The position numbers and the translations under genes are program-made. From contig OZ287752.1 of the NCBI GenBank assembly GCA_965649765.1, positions 52,638,001 through 52,702,000 on the forward strand: 64,000 bases of DNA. The letters run 5' to 3'. Every line of letters starts with the position of its first letter. Position 1 is the stretch's first letter. The notes beneath the pieces were generated by a model. The model did no database searches, was not told where the DNA came from, and was given only the letters and a program-made list of their open reading frames with translations. Below are positions 37,250 through 50,902 of the stretch, one piece after another. The DNA comes from Bispira polyomma (lineage: Eukaryota).

Positions 37250-39749
37250 TGACAAAAAACCTGTAAATAAAATATACTCTAGGATTGTATATAATTCTAC
37301 GTTTTCTGATTTTAAACTGTTTAACTATGTACATTTTAATTCTCATGTGTGTGCAAAACAAAGTGTCCCTCGATCATATCGGGACGTGTTAAAACAGGGC
37401 ACAGGTGGTGTCGGTGAAAATTGTGGCAAAAAATCTAAGGTGGGCGAAATTGGGGAAATACTCAAGATCAGGGCCCAGCCGGCCACAATCCTGTCAAGAA
37501 ACTTTTCCCCGAGGAAAAAGTGGTAAACATGTTGTTAACGCATCATTGTTCCTCACAAAACGTGTGGGCACAAACAAAGTTACACCTCTTGTCTACAAGC
37601 CATTGTTTCGGTCGAAAGCAACTGTCAAAAAACGTGTTTAAGACAATTCAGTGAATGTGCCAAACTGTAGCCGTGTTTCCCCGGTCAAACCAATTAAGTT
37701 GAGCAGTGTCGGGTGTGACAATAGACAAGGAGTTTCCCCCATGGTTCAACCAATTAAGACAGGTAATGTCAAACAGAACAATGAACCGGGTGCTTTTAAA
37801 TTGGCCCTTCACAACAGGTTTGCTTGCTTAGGCAATCAGTGTACAGAAACAATTCAGGAGAGTGACACTCCACTCAACAGGAGTAGTCAGTGCTGTAACA
37901 CGACTTTATCACAAAATAAACAGCTGACTTCTAAATTATCACAATGTGATGACAAATATGTTTGGAGCTCCTCAGGGGCCTGACAAAAGACAACATTTAA
38001 ATGAGGCCAAGGACTGTGTGACATATAAGTTGTGGGACGTTCAAAACAGTGGCAAATATGGTTTTATACTAATCAGCCCTTGGGGTGACCCTGCAATTGA
38101 CAATTCAAGTGACAACTTATCAATGGACGTGTTTACTCTACACAGGCTTCTTAGGTCAGATGGACGACCCAATTATAGGGGCCTGCAAGTACCTGTCAAT
38201 ACACAACTCAATGCACAAGTGTGGGCTAAATATCTGAAGGACTATTGGGATTGGGAACTCCCCTTATTGATCAAATTTGGGTTTCCCTTAGATTGCAATA
38301 GTGAACATGAATTTAAGTCTGAGATTAGTAACCACTCTTCTGCCAATCAATATCCAGACCATGTGACTCATTATTTGGAGGAAGAATGTTCATTGGGTGC
38401 TATGTATGGGCCGTTTACAGTTCCCCCTATTAAGAATATTCACACTTCCCCATTTATGACTAGGGACAAATCAAGCTCGACTAACCGACGGGTCATCATT
38501 GATTTGAGTTGGCCCGAGAATCATTCAGTTAACGCAGCAGTGTCTTCCAGTTCATACTTGGATAAGAATTGTATACTGACCTACCCCTCTATTGACACTA
38601 TCACTAGCCAGGTTATGGCTATGGGTTCCTTGATATTTAAAGCGGATATAAGTCGCGCCTTCCGGCACGTGACCATTGATCCAAAAGACATAAATCTGCT
38701 AGGTCTGTACTGGACTGGCTACTACATTGACGGTTCGTTACCATTCGGTTATCGGCACGGTTCGGTTATTTTTCAGAGAATTTCAGACGGAATAAGGCAT
38801 ATAATGAAGGGTGAAGGTTACCAGATTACGAATTATATCGACGATCTATTATGTTGCTCTTTTCCCTCTAAAATATACAAAACCTATAATAGACTACAAG
38901 CCCTCCTGGCAGAGCTAGGTCTGACCCTCAGCCAGAAAAAACTAGTTCCTCCAGCGGCTCGGGTAACGTGCCTTGGCATTGTCATAGACACAGTCAATTT
39001 TACCTCTTCTATACCAGAAGAAAAACTAGCCAGTATTCAGACCATGTGTAACAAATGACCAATAAGAAATCTTGTACCAAACGAGAACTCCAATGTTAGT
39101 TGGGTTCTTTATTGTATGTTTCTAAATGTGTAAAGTACTCAAGGTTTTTTCTAAACAGAATGTTGCACCTTCTGAGGAGCAATCACAAGAGTAAAAATAT
39201 GAAAATAACCTCTGAGTTCCAAAAAGACCTCAATTGGTTCCCCATTTTCCTCCACAAATATAACGGGGTCACTTTTTTCCACCATGCCCCTGCTACTGCT
39301 ATGATCGAGTTAGATGCCTGCCTCACAGGTATGGGGGGAATTTATGGGAAACAAGTCTATTTTCTCTCTATCCCTGCTTGTAACAGCAAAACATTGCTTC
39401 CTTAGAAATGCTAAACATTCACATTGCCTTGAAACTGTGGGGACGACATTGGCAGGGACAAAAAATATTAATAAAATGCGACAACCAGGCTGTTGTAAGT
39501 GTCCTTACTCATGGTAGAACTCGGGACAGTGAATTAGCTTTGTATTCCCGAAATATATTCATGCTGGCTAGCCAGTTTGACATGGAGCTAAAAGTGATAC
39601 ATATTTTAGGAAATGACAACACAACGGCTGACCTCCTGTCTCGTTGGACTAATTCCACAAAAGATAATGTTCTCTTGCAGGAGCTGGCTGGCACTGTCAA
39701 ATGGTGTACAGTGACTGAAGACCATTTGTTACTTAACAACTGTATATAA
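37221..39749 (+). pseudogene. E2 pol (RT + RNase H), disrupted
   Basis: ORF pieces 37245-39749 contain NYIDD, ELDAC, CDNQAVV and ADLLSR. Confidence 0.9.
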
Positions 39750-39793
39750 TGTATCACCATGTCTCCTTCTCCTGGTAGTATTCTGTGTTACAG

Positions 39794-40755
39794 ACAGAAA
39801 TCCACTGCAACAATTGCTATATAGAAATGCAACCAAGAAGCTTCACCTGGCCTTCTGCAGGTCTACTGACAGATCATATACAGCTATGTATAGGGTGTAC
39901 TTAGCCTATGCTACATTCCTGCATCTGCCCGTTGGCCAGGTGACAGTTATTGATCTTCTTGCAAAACCTGCCCATATGGCAAACAATTTATCTGCCATTA
40001 AGGCCAAGTGCATTGTCTATAATGTACCAATATGTGCCTTTAGTGACCCTCGTGTGGACTATTATCAGAAATCCGTGCAGCTAGCTGCCCCTCTTCATGT
40101 AAAGCTTAACAAGGTTATCGATATCCCACTGTTGACCAGTATAGTGAGTATTTCACTCACTACTTATATGGGATTAGTATTCAAAGCACTTTACCTAGTC
40201 AGCTACTTCTCATTTCTCAGGTTGTCAAATCTAGTACCTCATTCTTGTGCTCAATTTTCCCCTTTGAAACATTTAGCTAGAGCAGATGTCATGATTCATA
40301 AACATAAAACTGTTCTCCTCATTAAATGGTCGAAGACTATGCAAAGCAACAACCAGATCAAATTGATCACAATCCCACGTTTGCTGGGTTCCCCTCTTTG
40401 CCCAGTTGGGTCATTGGAGCGCATTTTGGCCAATACACCTTCTGAACCCAATAGCCCTCTTTTTCAGTTTAAAGATAATGCAAAGTGGGTACCTCTTACT
40501 GACACTCGGGTCCGTCGTCATTTTAAAAATGTACTTGCCAGGTTACAATTACAAGACTCTGGCCTTACTATGCACGCATTCCGACGTTCAGGTGCAACTT
40601 TTGGTTTTAACCATAATGTAAGCATTCAAAACATTCAAAATCATGGCACTTGGACGTCGGACTGCGCGTGGAGATATATCACCGACTCGGTGGATGCTGG
40701 TGATCAGGTAGCTGATACATTCAGACAACATCTCTCTGCTACTCCCCCTTCCTGA
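39794..40755 (+). CDS. E2 tyrosine recombinase (open frame, small internal deletion)
   Basis: FLRLSN..MHAFRRSGA..HGTW..WRY. The ORF-track start is TTG, and the frame opens at the acceptor 39792-39793. Confidence 0.85.
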
Positions 40756-43700
40756 ACTCCTACATGCTGGGTTTGGGTGTTTGTAGTCAACCTTAGTTTA
40801 TATCTAATTTAAATCATTAAGTAATGTCGTTGATTCAGTGTACTGAAATGCTAATAATGTACAGTGTCACCTGCACATTCTAACTACCTCTGTAAATTAG
40901 TATTATTTGCATGTTACAACAATTACTTTAACTGATCTTGTTAACTTTCTAGTGACTTAAAATAGTTAACTTTGCAGTAGAGGTCGGTAACAGTATTTAA
41001 GTGCAAATTCTTAAGTTTAACTTTCTCAGTTCAAAACATTAAGGTCACCTTATTCTGGTAATTAGCCTATGGGCCGTGTAAATTAATATAGACAATAAGA
41101 GTAGGTAAGGTGACCTTAACCTTTCTTACAAATCATATCACGTAAAATATTTATTATTACTTAAGTGACCTTAAGTCACCAGAATTGATAAGTAATTTAA
41201 TCTGAGTTAAGGTTACCTTAACTTCTTTGTACTAAACTTAGTATCACCTTAACTCACCTTGTATATAGTAGTTTTAACATTTAGACTAACAATAAAATAA
41301 ATATTTTACCGCATTCTGGTGTAAAAACAATCTTGCCTTCTTGACCTCTGACTCTCTGACCTGTCACTCGAGAAAATGAAACAGAATTCACGGTGTTGCC
41401 TAAACGCAATCACAATCTCAGTGCATCTGTAGTGTTGGAAGGGGATGATTCTGTAGGTATATTTGGCGATTTTACATCAAAATAAAAATCAAAGGCTTGA
41501 AGACTAATTGTAATTGTTTGTACAATTCCCAGAAGGGCTAAATTCATTAGTTATATAATTGTTGCCCAACTGTAAGTAAAATATGTTCAAACTTAATTTC
41601 AAATTGTTATTTATGTAATGCATTATAAAAGAAAATTACACAACTACGTTCTATCATTATCAACAGATTTACTGAGGCTAGCAGAAATAAATATGATGAC
41701 ATGTTTATCTATACAGTAAACCGCTGTATTTGTGAATATTGAACTGTATTTGCAGATAACCTTGAGTTGCAATCTGCAAGTTTGGGGTGACAGCCATACT
41801 TGCCAGCAAACTCTGCCATTGTCTTATTTCTGGACTTCCTTCAGTTACTCAAACTTTTTATTTTATGGTGGCAGTACAGTGAGGAATATAAATTTCGCCA
41901 CTGTATCAGATATTGGCCAACTAAAAAAAATGTAGTGTTTCTGGTAGAATTTTAGGTAATATTTGGTGAAATTCAGTTTGTTGTGACTATTTTGCTTCAC
42001 TTATGTAAATTCCAGCTAATGTTCGAGGATATGAATGCCTGAATGAACATATCGTCAGCTTCCTTCAATTGACCTTGGATATTACCATTAATATGATTGA
42101 GTCATAAATAAATACCCTAGAAAGTTGAATGGCATTACATAAATTAATACTTCTTTAGATATGACACGAAATACTGAAAATTTACCTTTAAGATTTCATT
42201 TTGACCTTGAATCCAGAGGTTTAATATTACTCGTGCACAAGATTCTATGACTCTGGTTTTATATATGCTCACAATAAATTACAACTACCTAAACCCAAGA
42301 TTGAAGAAAATATAAAGCAAAACTATCTAACTTGTCATAAAAGTGACCTTGAAATTTCTCTGCATTGTTCACAAGCTTTCTGCTATATAGAACACTACAA
42401 GGACATTATATCAAGTTTGGTTGCATTTTAAGTAATAATTTCTGAGATGTAACACCAACATACTGGAAATTGACTCTCGTGACCCCAGTTTGACATAACA
42501 AATTAAATGGTAACATGTACAGTAACAACATGTAATACATTAAAAAGTACATATTATTCATGTAATCTAGAAGTTCTATGCTGTGAAGTGTAAACTGGCT
42601 ATATAAAGGTCAATTTCTGATATTTTGAAAGCTATTCTAAATATTATTAATTCTAATATATTGCATTGATGTCTGTAACACTAAATACAATTTCTTTTAA
42701 CGTTTTGATTGAGGAGAAACAGAAGCATATTTATGGTACACATGTATATATTTTCACAGGAATATATTAACTAGATAAAACTAAATATGACTAGTTGAAA
42801 TAAATCAAATACAATATGTAATAAATAATTATTCCATAAGTAGGATCTCAAAAATGCATATAATGTCCTAATAATTAATGAAATTTTATCCATATGATAT
42901 TAAATACAAGGATTACAATGTATATGTCACCGTAAAGTTGTGTTATGTGTATTTTACAAATGAAGGATACTGTCACCTTGACTATAAGAATTGTCTAATT
43001 AATGACATAGGATATTATGAATCCAGTAAATTTCTGAAATTTGCTGATTACGCATATTTAGTACAACATGTTTTCTTTCATTTGAAGAACTTTAAGTTGA
43101 ACCTGGGTTGAATAAGAGATCTTAGCCTTAACATTTGTCTCCAGCTTAAGATTTATGTCTAAAATCTTTACTTTACCATTAGTTGTAGTATAAAGCGCTG
43201 AATTACTACCAAGCTAAGACACTGGGACTAAGACAGAATAGTTTAAATTTTTTGGCCAAAACTAAAGGGCAAAATATTAAGCTCTTGACTAAGTTAAGAA
43301 TCACACTCTTTGCTAAATCCGGCCCTAGGCAAATAATTCTATGTAAATTGAATTTCCACCCTCAACAGGGAAAGTATGGTACACATTTTCTTCACAAAAT
43401 AAATATATCTTTGTTACAGACTGTATAAGACTTCTACTGTTGTGTGAAGTTATTATATAATAGGTCTGACATGAAATTTGGGTCAAATGTCCTGCACTCT
43501 GACATTTTGCGTGAGCATCAGTTTTCTTTACTTTGTTTTGAAAACTCAATACCACAGGATTTTCTGTATGTTTGACATAATTAAAATTTGGTGAATTTTC
43601 TGAAATATTTATTGGTAAAATTTCATTTTGACCCTGCTCACTTAAAATGTCGTAGTTCAAAGCAGAGCTCATTACTCATATGAATGTTAATGATTTATTT

Positions 43701-45427
43701 TTTGAGAAACTGTATAATTGCATTTGTTGGCTGTTCTAACCACTATCAGCCTACGAAACCATTTTCTTTGGATTGGTTTCTGTGTGTTGTTTGAAACTCT
43801 ACAAATCAAATCAAATTAAAACATTAAAAAATCTATTGTCACTTGATATTTTTATTTGTGTATACCTATATCTTAATTGTTTCATTGAAAAAGGATTATG
43901 CATATATACTTCCAGGTAGACATCAACTTACAATCATTACTAATTAACCAGGGTTCTCGAACAAGGTCTCATGTTCGACTGCTTGTTCTGACTGCTACTT
44001 TCATTTGGTGGGATAACATCCTTTAGGAAGATGTGAACACACATTTGCTTAGTTGCTCTGATGACCGCTTAAAATGGTGGTAATAACTCAATCAATACTA
44101 TCTCCAGTGTCAGATTAAAGATCGTTGGGCACATTAAAGAATGATCATCATCAAGCATTGGCGCCCACAGTGCCTGCCCATGAGGAAGTGCTATTGAAAT
44201 AACCCTATACTTTGTGCTTAAGAAATATCATATGTTAAATATGCAATTAAGTTAGGGTGCATTTTTGTATTTATTTAATTAGAGTTTAACATTGACATTA
44301 TATGTCACATCACAACGGGAAGTTTTACTTATGGGGAAACGAGTGGATACTAGTTGGTCAAGACCGACCATCAGCAAGTAACTGCCAACTTTAGGGCCTA
44401 AATTGTTGCTAACCTACTAGTAACACCCCCTATATCTAATAATAATAAACATGTTATCAATATCTATATATCATTGGAAATATTAACCCTTAAATTTACC
44501 ATAACTATGTCATCTATTATTAAGATTCTTCATTATTGTTAATCCTATCTCAAAATATATTGAAAGATTTAACAATGTGAATTAAATTTATTTATTTATG
44601 TTATTTTACGGCTGATGTCACCATGCCATCTTGTATCCAAACCATTTCGGCTGTCCCCATCAAGTTACATACTTTAAATTCATATTCAGGTTGTTGAAAC
44701 CTTGTAGCTGGTCCTCCACCTATGCACATTTTAATTAAGTCTTATAACACATTTAAAAAACATAAGTTCACGAAAAAATTAAGATGTATTCCTTTTTTCT
44801 GTGCAACAATGCCTTTAACAGGTACAATATGTACTCTTATGCAACATACACGACAATAATTACATATGTAAGAGTACATTGTAAATCCATTACAAATAAT
44901 TTGATGCCTTCAACAGGTTCAATACATACACATATATAACATACACTGTAAAAACTACACATGTATGAGTACATTGTAAACCCATTAGAGGAATTTTATT
45001 TACCAATTAACAAATCAATGTCTTAATTTTAATAATTACACTAGTTATCAGATGGGCAAAATTTACAATTACTTATTTTATAGAAGGTTAAACATATAAA
45101 TTATAAATATGACATCCTATATGTTAAGCAGGACAACTTTAGGGGACTGCTACGTCAGTCCACAACACTGTTACCCAACTACCTTAAACTTTATCAGGTT
45201 ACAACAGCTATTATTAAGCCATCTGTCCATCTTAATACCAGCCAATGGGAGGGCTTGAACGCTACCAGCTTCCCGCAAAAATTGAAAGCCACCATATTAA
45301 TTATCGAATCTGAAGGAACAACAAGTGAATTTTAAAAAATTTACTTTTACATTTGTTTTATATTAAGTTGTATTTAGAATTTTATATATTGTATAGCACG
45401 GTTAGTGCAAAAGTGTTTTAATCAATC

Positions 45428-47696
45428 ATGGGAAAAAGTACAAAGGGGGCTCTACACAGTGTTGTGAAACAAAAGAAGCCCACGACTCGAGCTACCAAAG
45501 TACTGAAGGTGACAAGGGACACGGTTGATCAGGTATCGACTTCACTAAATGCTAGTGTAACAAATCCTATGGTAAATACTGGACAGAGTACACAGTCCTC
45601 GGCTAATAATAGTTGCTTTGACACGATCCCGTCCTCCGAGCAGGGATCGAACGAGATGCTCTCCATAAATAAAACGTCTCGAGTCTTCCAACATATCCCT
45701 GGCCCAGCGCATAGAAAGAGTTGAAGCTAGAACAGCAAATACCGTACCCGTACACAACCCCCCAAGCAACTCGGCGATGGAAACCCAGCACACGGCTATG
45801 CCTACCGATGGGATGGGGTTAAGTGCTGTTCACACTCAATCGTCACCTCAATCCACGTTGTCAAATACTCTTGGGAACCAGCTCTCGGCTATGCCTACCA
45901 ATGGGAGGGGATTAAGTGCTGCTCACACCCAACCATCGCTACAATCCACGTCGTCGAATCCACTTGGTAACCAGCTCACGGCTATGCCTACTACCGGGAG
46001 GGGGTTAGGTGCTGCTCACACCCAATCGTCACTACAAACCACAATACCAAATTCTATTGGCGACCAGGCCATTGATTTCATCCCACGTCAGGCTCTGCCG
46101 ACCAGCGGATTGGGGTTAAATGCCGTTCACACACAACCGACAACACAGTCGACAATGCACACATCAGCAGGTGTAGGGGGTATATACAACCCCATAGTCC
46201 AACAACAGGGGCATATAATGAACCAATTATCCTTAGGTGCTCCTCACACTAGGCCGACACCAGCCCATAACCCACTGACACTGCAAGCAGGACATGGCTT
46301 GCCTCAGGTCCAGCAGATCCAGCAGCAGCCGATTAATGTTTTTGATTATCAGAAGGACAGAATAGTGCCCAGTGTTGATGCTCTCAGGGCCATACCTAGT
46401 GTTCAATCTGCTGTCTCGCGCCAACTGGCCGAATATGAAGCATTGGCACACAAACACTTGCTCCAAGGTAAGGTGAACTCGAGAACAAAGTCCGGCAGGT
46501 TTAACAGTACCGACGTCACGACGGGGGATGCTCAATTTCGGTGGCCGAATGAGGGATGGGTCGGGGGTACCGCCCGAAAACGTCCGACCTACGACGAACT
46601 CTCACTGCCCCAGTGGGCGGCAGGGCAAATTTCCAATGCTCTGCAAGTACAAGACAACGCGCTTATGAAGAGCATGATGCTTCAGCTCGTATATGCCATG
46701 TGGGATGCCGCTTCATTACCATGGCCGGTGGTCAGGACAGCCTGGGCCCTCAACATGCAGGAGGTGGAGGAGGGTCGGCTGTCCTGGCAGGAAAACACGC
46801 AATGGGCGTTGAACAGGCTTAATGCCTCTCAACTCGCAATGGCTAACAGTACTCACAACGACAGTAACCGTACAACGCAAGGAGGAAGTTCGAACGAGGC
46901 CAAGGTGATCTGCAAACTGTTTAACACTGGTAAATGTTCCCAAAAATCAGACCACGGCAATTATAAACATAATTGCTGGTATTGCAGCAAGGTACTAGGT
47001 AAAGAACAAAGTCACCCTGAATTCAAATGTTACAGGGCTAATGCCAACAAACAGCCAGAAAACTCTGTATCAAATAAATGGGTAAATTTTCAACTAGCAG
47101 AATCACATGCCATAAGTACTGAGTGTAATAATAAGGACAGAAAGAACAGTCATTTAATTGCTAATAGAATAGTAGAGATTGATAAGAAGCAGCAATTAAA
47201 TGTCGATAAGAACAATTACAAACATATTGAGACAGTAAATAATGCTGAAATTGATATAGTAGTTACCCAATCTGTAAACTATATGTCAAATTGTCACAGA
47301 GTGATAAATGTCATTAATGGAAATAATGTAAGTCATAATGCTCTTGTTCAAGGTTTTCTAGATATGGGCTATAATGTACACAACACAGATGTGTCACAAG
47401 CAGACCATATGGGAAATAATGTGAGTCATAACGTTCTTGTACAAGGTTCTACAGGTAGGGGTCATGATGTACCCAACACAGGTGTGCCACAAGCAGAACA
47501 TAAGAACACTGGTCAGTATGTCAGATCTGATAGCACTAGAGATCTAGAATATAACCAAGTATTTATGAACAACAGCAGCAAAACATGTGAAGTAAGAATA
47601 GACATCACAAATTGGAATTACATAAGTAACAGGGGGGAATTTTCCTCTCCCATAGTATACATTCACAGTCACAATGACTTCTTTAAACATTTCTAG
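45428..47696 (+). pseudogene. E3 gag-like region running in frame into a long AT-rich linker
   Basis: ORFs 45428-45724 and 45777-47696: WPNEG..PTYDELSLPQW, CKLFNTGKC..H..HNCWYC..H..C. Confidence 0.8.
45793..46160 (+). repeat. ~90-bp coding tandem repeats (3-4 copies) in E3 gag
   Basis: AMPTxGxGLxAxHTQ unit repeated. Confidence 0.85.
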
Positions 47697-47780
47697 GCTC
47701 AGGCTGCTGGTGTTCATTACTATAACCAAATTGAATTCAAACCTTCTGGTTTACCAACAATTTTAAATTCGTTTTCTGTA

Positions 47781-49917
47781 ATGTTAGAATATCAGGAATG
47801 TCAAGATATCCAGTATGGTATTGAGTACAATTATGTTTCTGCAAAAGACAAACGACAAGCTGAGGACATTAAATCGTTTTATGACAGAGATATTACATGT
47901 TTGGACAGATATAACATGGACTATACTACGTATATGGAACAAGTTATTGACTGCATGATTGATGACTGTAAAGGGACTGACAATAACACAGATAATGTTA
48001 ATAATGATGAATGTGTAACAAGGAACAGGGAGACTGACAACATGACTGGGAAAAATGAAACAGGTAAGAGTCGTTCGCTTTGTGATGTCATCACAAATCC
48101 GGCTTCTTCAGAACATTTTAGGGACATGCTAAAAATGGCCAGTGAACCTGTTATCAGAAACACCACTGACATTAACAATCCCAATAAGGTTATAGGGTTC
48201 ATAGCTCTGTCTCCCACAAACTTTGAATTTATAGGTCCTGATAGGCAGGCCATTACCATTAAGGATATTTCAGAAATTTCAAGGGTTGCTGAAATCATTA
48301 AGGAAACAGGGCTTCCGAATTATAGACAGGCTAGGATACCTATTAACTCGGGTTTACATATCAAAGCATGGGAGAACTTACTACAGGAATATCCTGACCA
48401 GTTATTAATCCAATACATTAAGTTTGGATTCCCTCTGTCTTTGACACAACCAGATGAGATAACAAATCATAAGGTAACTAATCATTTCTCAGCTTCTCAG
48501 TACCAGTATGCAGTAAGGCAATACTTGGAAAAGGAAAAATCATTAGGGGCCATGTTGGGGCCTACTAAGGACATTTTGGATCCACAGTATAATTGTTCAC
48601 CACTACTTACTAGGCCCAAAGATATTACAAAGCGTCGAGTCATATTGAACCTTTCTTACCCACAAGGGGCCTCGGTTAATGATAATGTTGATAGGGACAA
48701 ATTTGACGGAGTGGCCTTTATATTAAAGTTTCCAAACATAGATAACATTACAGAAGCAATTCAGAATACTGATGATCCGGTACTATTTAAAATTGGCGTT
48801 ACACGCGCGTTTCGGAACTTACATGTTGACCCAGCTGACGCCATGAAACTAGGAATATTTTGGGACAATGAATATTATGTTGATCCGGCAATTGTGTTCA
48901 GCTGGGTCCACGGTAGCGCGGCCTTCCAGTGATGTACCGACGCAATAACGTCATTTATGGGTAACCATGGTTACCAGGTATTCGGATATATAGACGATTA
49001 CGTTTGCGTTGCGTCAAGAGAACATGCCCAAGCGGGTTTTGATATGTTATATGATATCATGACAAAACTAGGTTTACCTCTTAATGCAGATAAGCTTACT
49101 CCACCCACTAAGGAACTTACGTGTCTGGGCATTGACTTTGACATCACAGCAGGCACCATTAGTATTCAGCTCGAAAAATTACAGGAAGTTCACAAAACAT
49201 GCCTCGAAGTGCATGATAAAAAATATATTTCTAGAACAAAATTTCAATCGCTCCTGGGTCAATTGTTTTATATTCATGAATGCGTTGCCCCTGCCAGGAT
49301 ATTCATTAACAGGTTATTAGCTGCTTTTAGAAATAATAGCATGAACAAAAGATTTAAGGTCAGCAGTGAAATGCAAGCTGACATCCAATGGTTTATAAAA
49401 TTTTTGGAAAAATTTAATGGTATAACATATATACGAAAAAACATTATTTCGCACGCAAACGAGTTGCATTTGGATGCCTGTCTCACCGGATTCGGGGGAG
49501 TATGAAATAATGAGGTATATGCCACCCCGTTCCATGATATTTTCAACGGCGAATTGACAATTGTTCATTTGGAAATGTTGAATATCATCATCGCATTAAA
49601 AATTTGGGCCGAACAGTGGAAACACCAGAAATTGAGCATCAACTGCGATAATATGGCTGTGGTTCTGGTAGTTGAATCACAGAAAACTAGAGACGAATTT
49701 TTAGCACTTTGCTTAAGAAACATATGGCTAATCACAGCAGCATACGATATTACTCTTGAGATTAAACACATTCCTGGGAAAACAACATAATTGTTGATGC
49801 ATTATCTAGAATATATTCAGTAAAAGGCATTGACAATAATTTATTGCAATCAATTAGAGATAATAATGTTTGGAGGTCAGTCCCACTTAAATATTATAAC
49901 TTAAACTTAACAATTTA
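47781..49917 (+). pseudogene. E3 pol (RT + RNase H), disrupted
   Basis: IKFGFPL, SPLLTRPK, GYIDD, LHLDAC, LEMLN and CDN, with several stops. Confidence 0.9.
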
Positions 49918-49924
49918 ATTTCAG

Positions 49925-50902
49925 GTTCTCCACCTATTACACAGCAGCTCATGGACACAGCATGGGCCAGGATCAATACTGCTTTAAGACCAAAGTCTAA
50001 TTCAGCATATGAAGGACAATTTAAAACATTTCTAACCTTTCTACAGTTCTCAGGTATCCAACACATTACTACACATGCTGTAATTGCCTTTTTGGAATAT
50101 TTGGCACAAAATGAACTATCCCCTGGAGCCATCAAAAATTACATGGCTGCACTTAGGTTTATTGCAAATAAATATTCTTGGGACCTCTCTCCTTTCACGC
50201 ACATTCAGTGTCTCTTTTTCTCAGGAGTTTATCTCACAATTCTACATTTAGACCCAAACCTAAGGGGATTTTTACTATTCAGCAATTACTGCAGATTTCA
50301 GCTACATGTGAGATTTTGGATGACCCAATCTTGTTTAGAGCATTCTTCTTGGTGGCATTTTTCGGGTTTTTAAGGCTATCAAATATAGCCCCCCCCACTC
50401 TAGGGCAAGTTTTGATTCGTCCAAACATTTCCTCAGACAAGATGTGGTCTTTGGTCACCCGGGAGCCCACATCATACTAAAGTGGGCGAAAAACCTACAA
50501 AACAGAACGGACACACATATTATTCAAATTCCAACCCTTCAGAACAAATTATTGTGCCCAGTTAGGGCTTTAATGGCTCTCCTCCGATCTAGGAAATTGG
50601 ACAATAACCAACCTCTGTTTGCACAGGCTAAAGCACCTTATCCCACAATAGTGGATTCACACATTAGGGCAGCATTGCAAACAGTTCTCTCACACATAGG
50701 ATTGCAATATAGTTCCCACAGATTTCACACTTTCAGAAGGTCGGGAGCCACTTTCGCTTTTAACAATAATGTATTGCTTCAAAATATCATGTCCCATGGC
50801 CTTTGGAGATCTTCTGCCGTGTGGACCTATTTACAAAAAACATCCCAAGCAGCTTCCGTGGTCCCTCTAACTTTAGCGGCTGCCATTCCCTCTTCTTTCT
50901 AG
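49925..50902 (+). pseudogene. E3 tyrosine recombinase, frameshifted
   Basis: FLRLSN, FHTFRRSGA, HGLW and WTY spread across three frames. Confidence 0.9.

Larger units (their letters stand above)
36132..41318 (+). mobile_element. E2: degenerate YR retrotransposon, 3'-truncated within B1 (no A2/spacer/B2)
   Basis: A-like start (CCTCAGTTCTGG, TATAAAA at 36243), gag, pol, YR, then an AT-rich B-like region ending AATAAATATTTTACCGCA. Confidence 0.9.
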
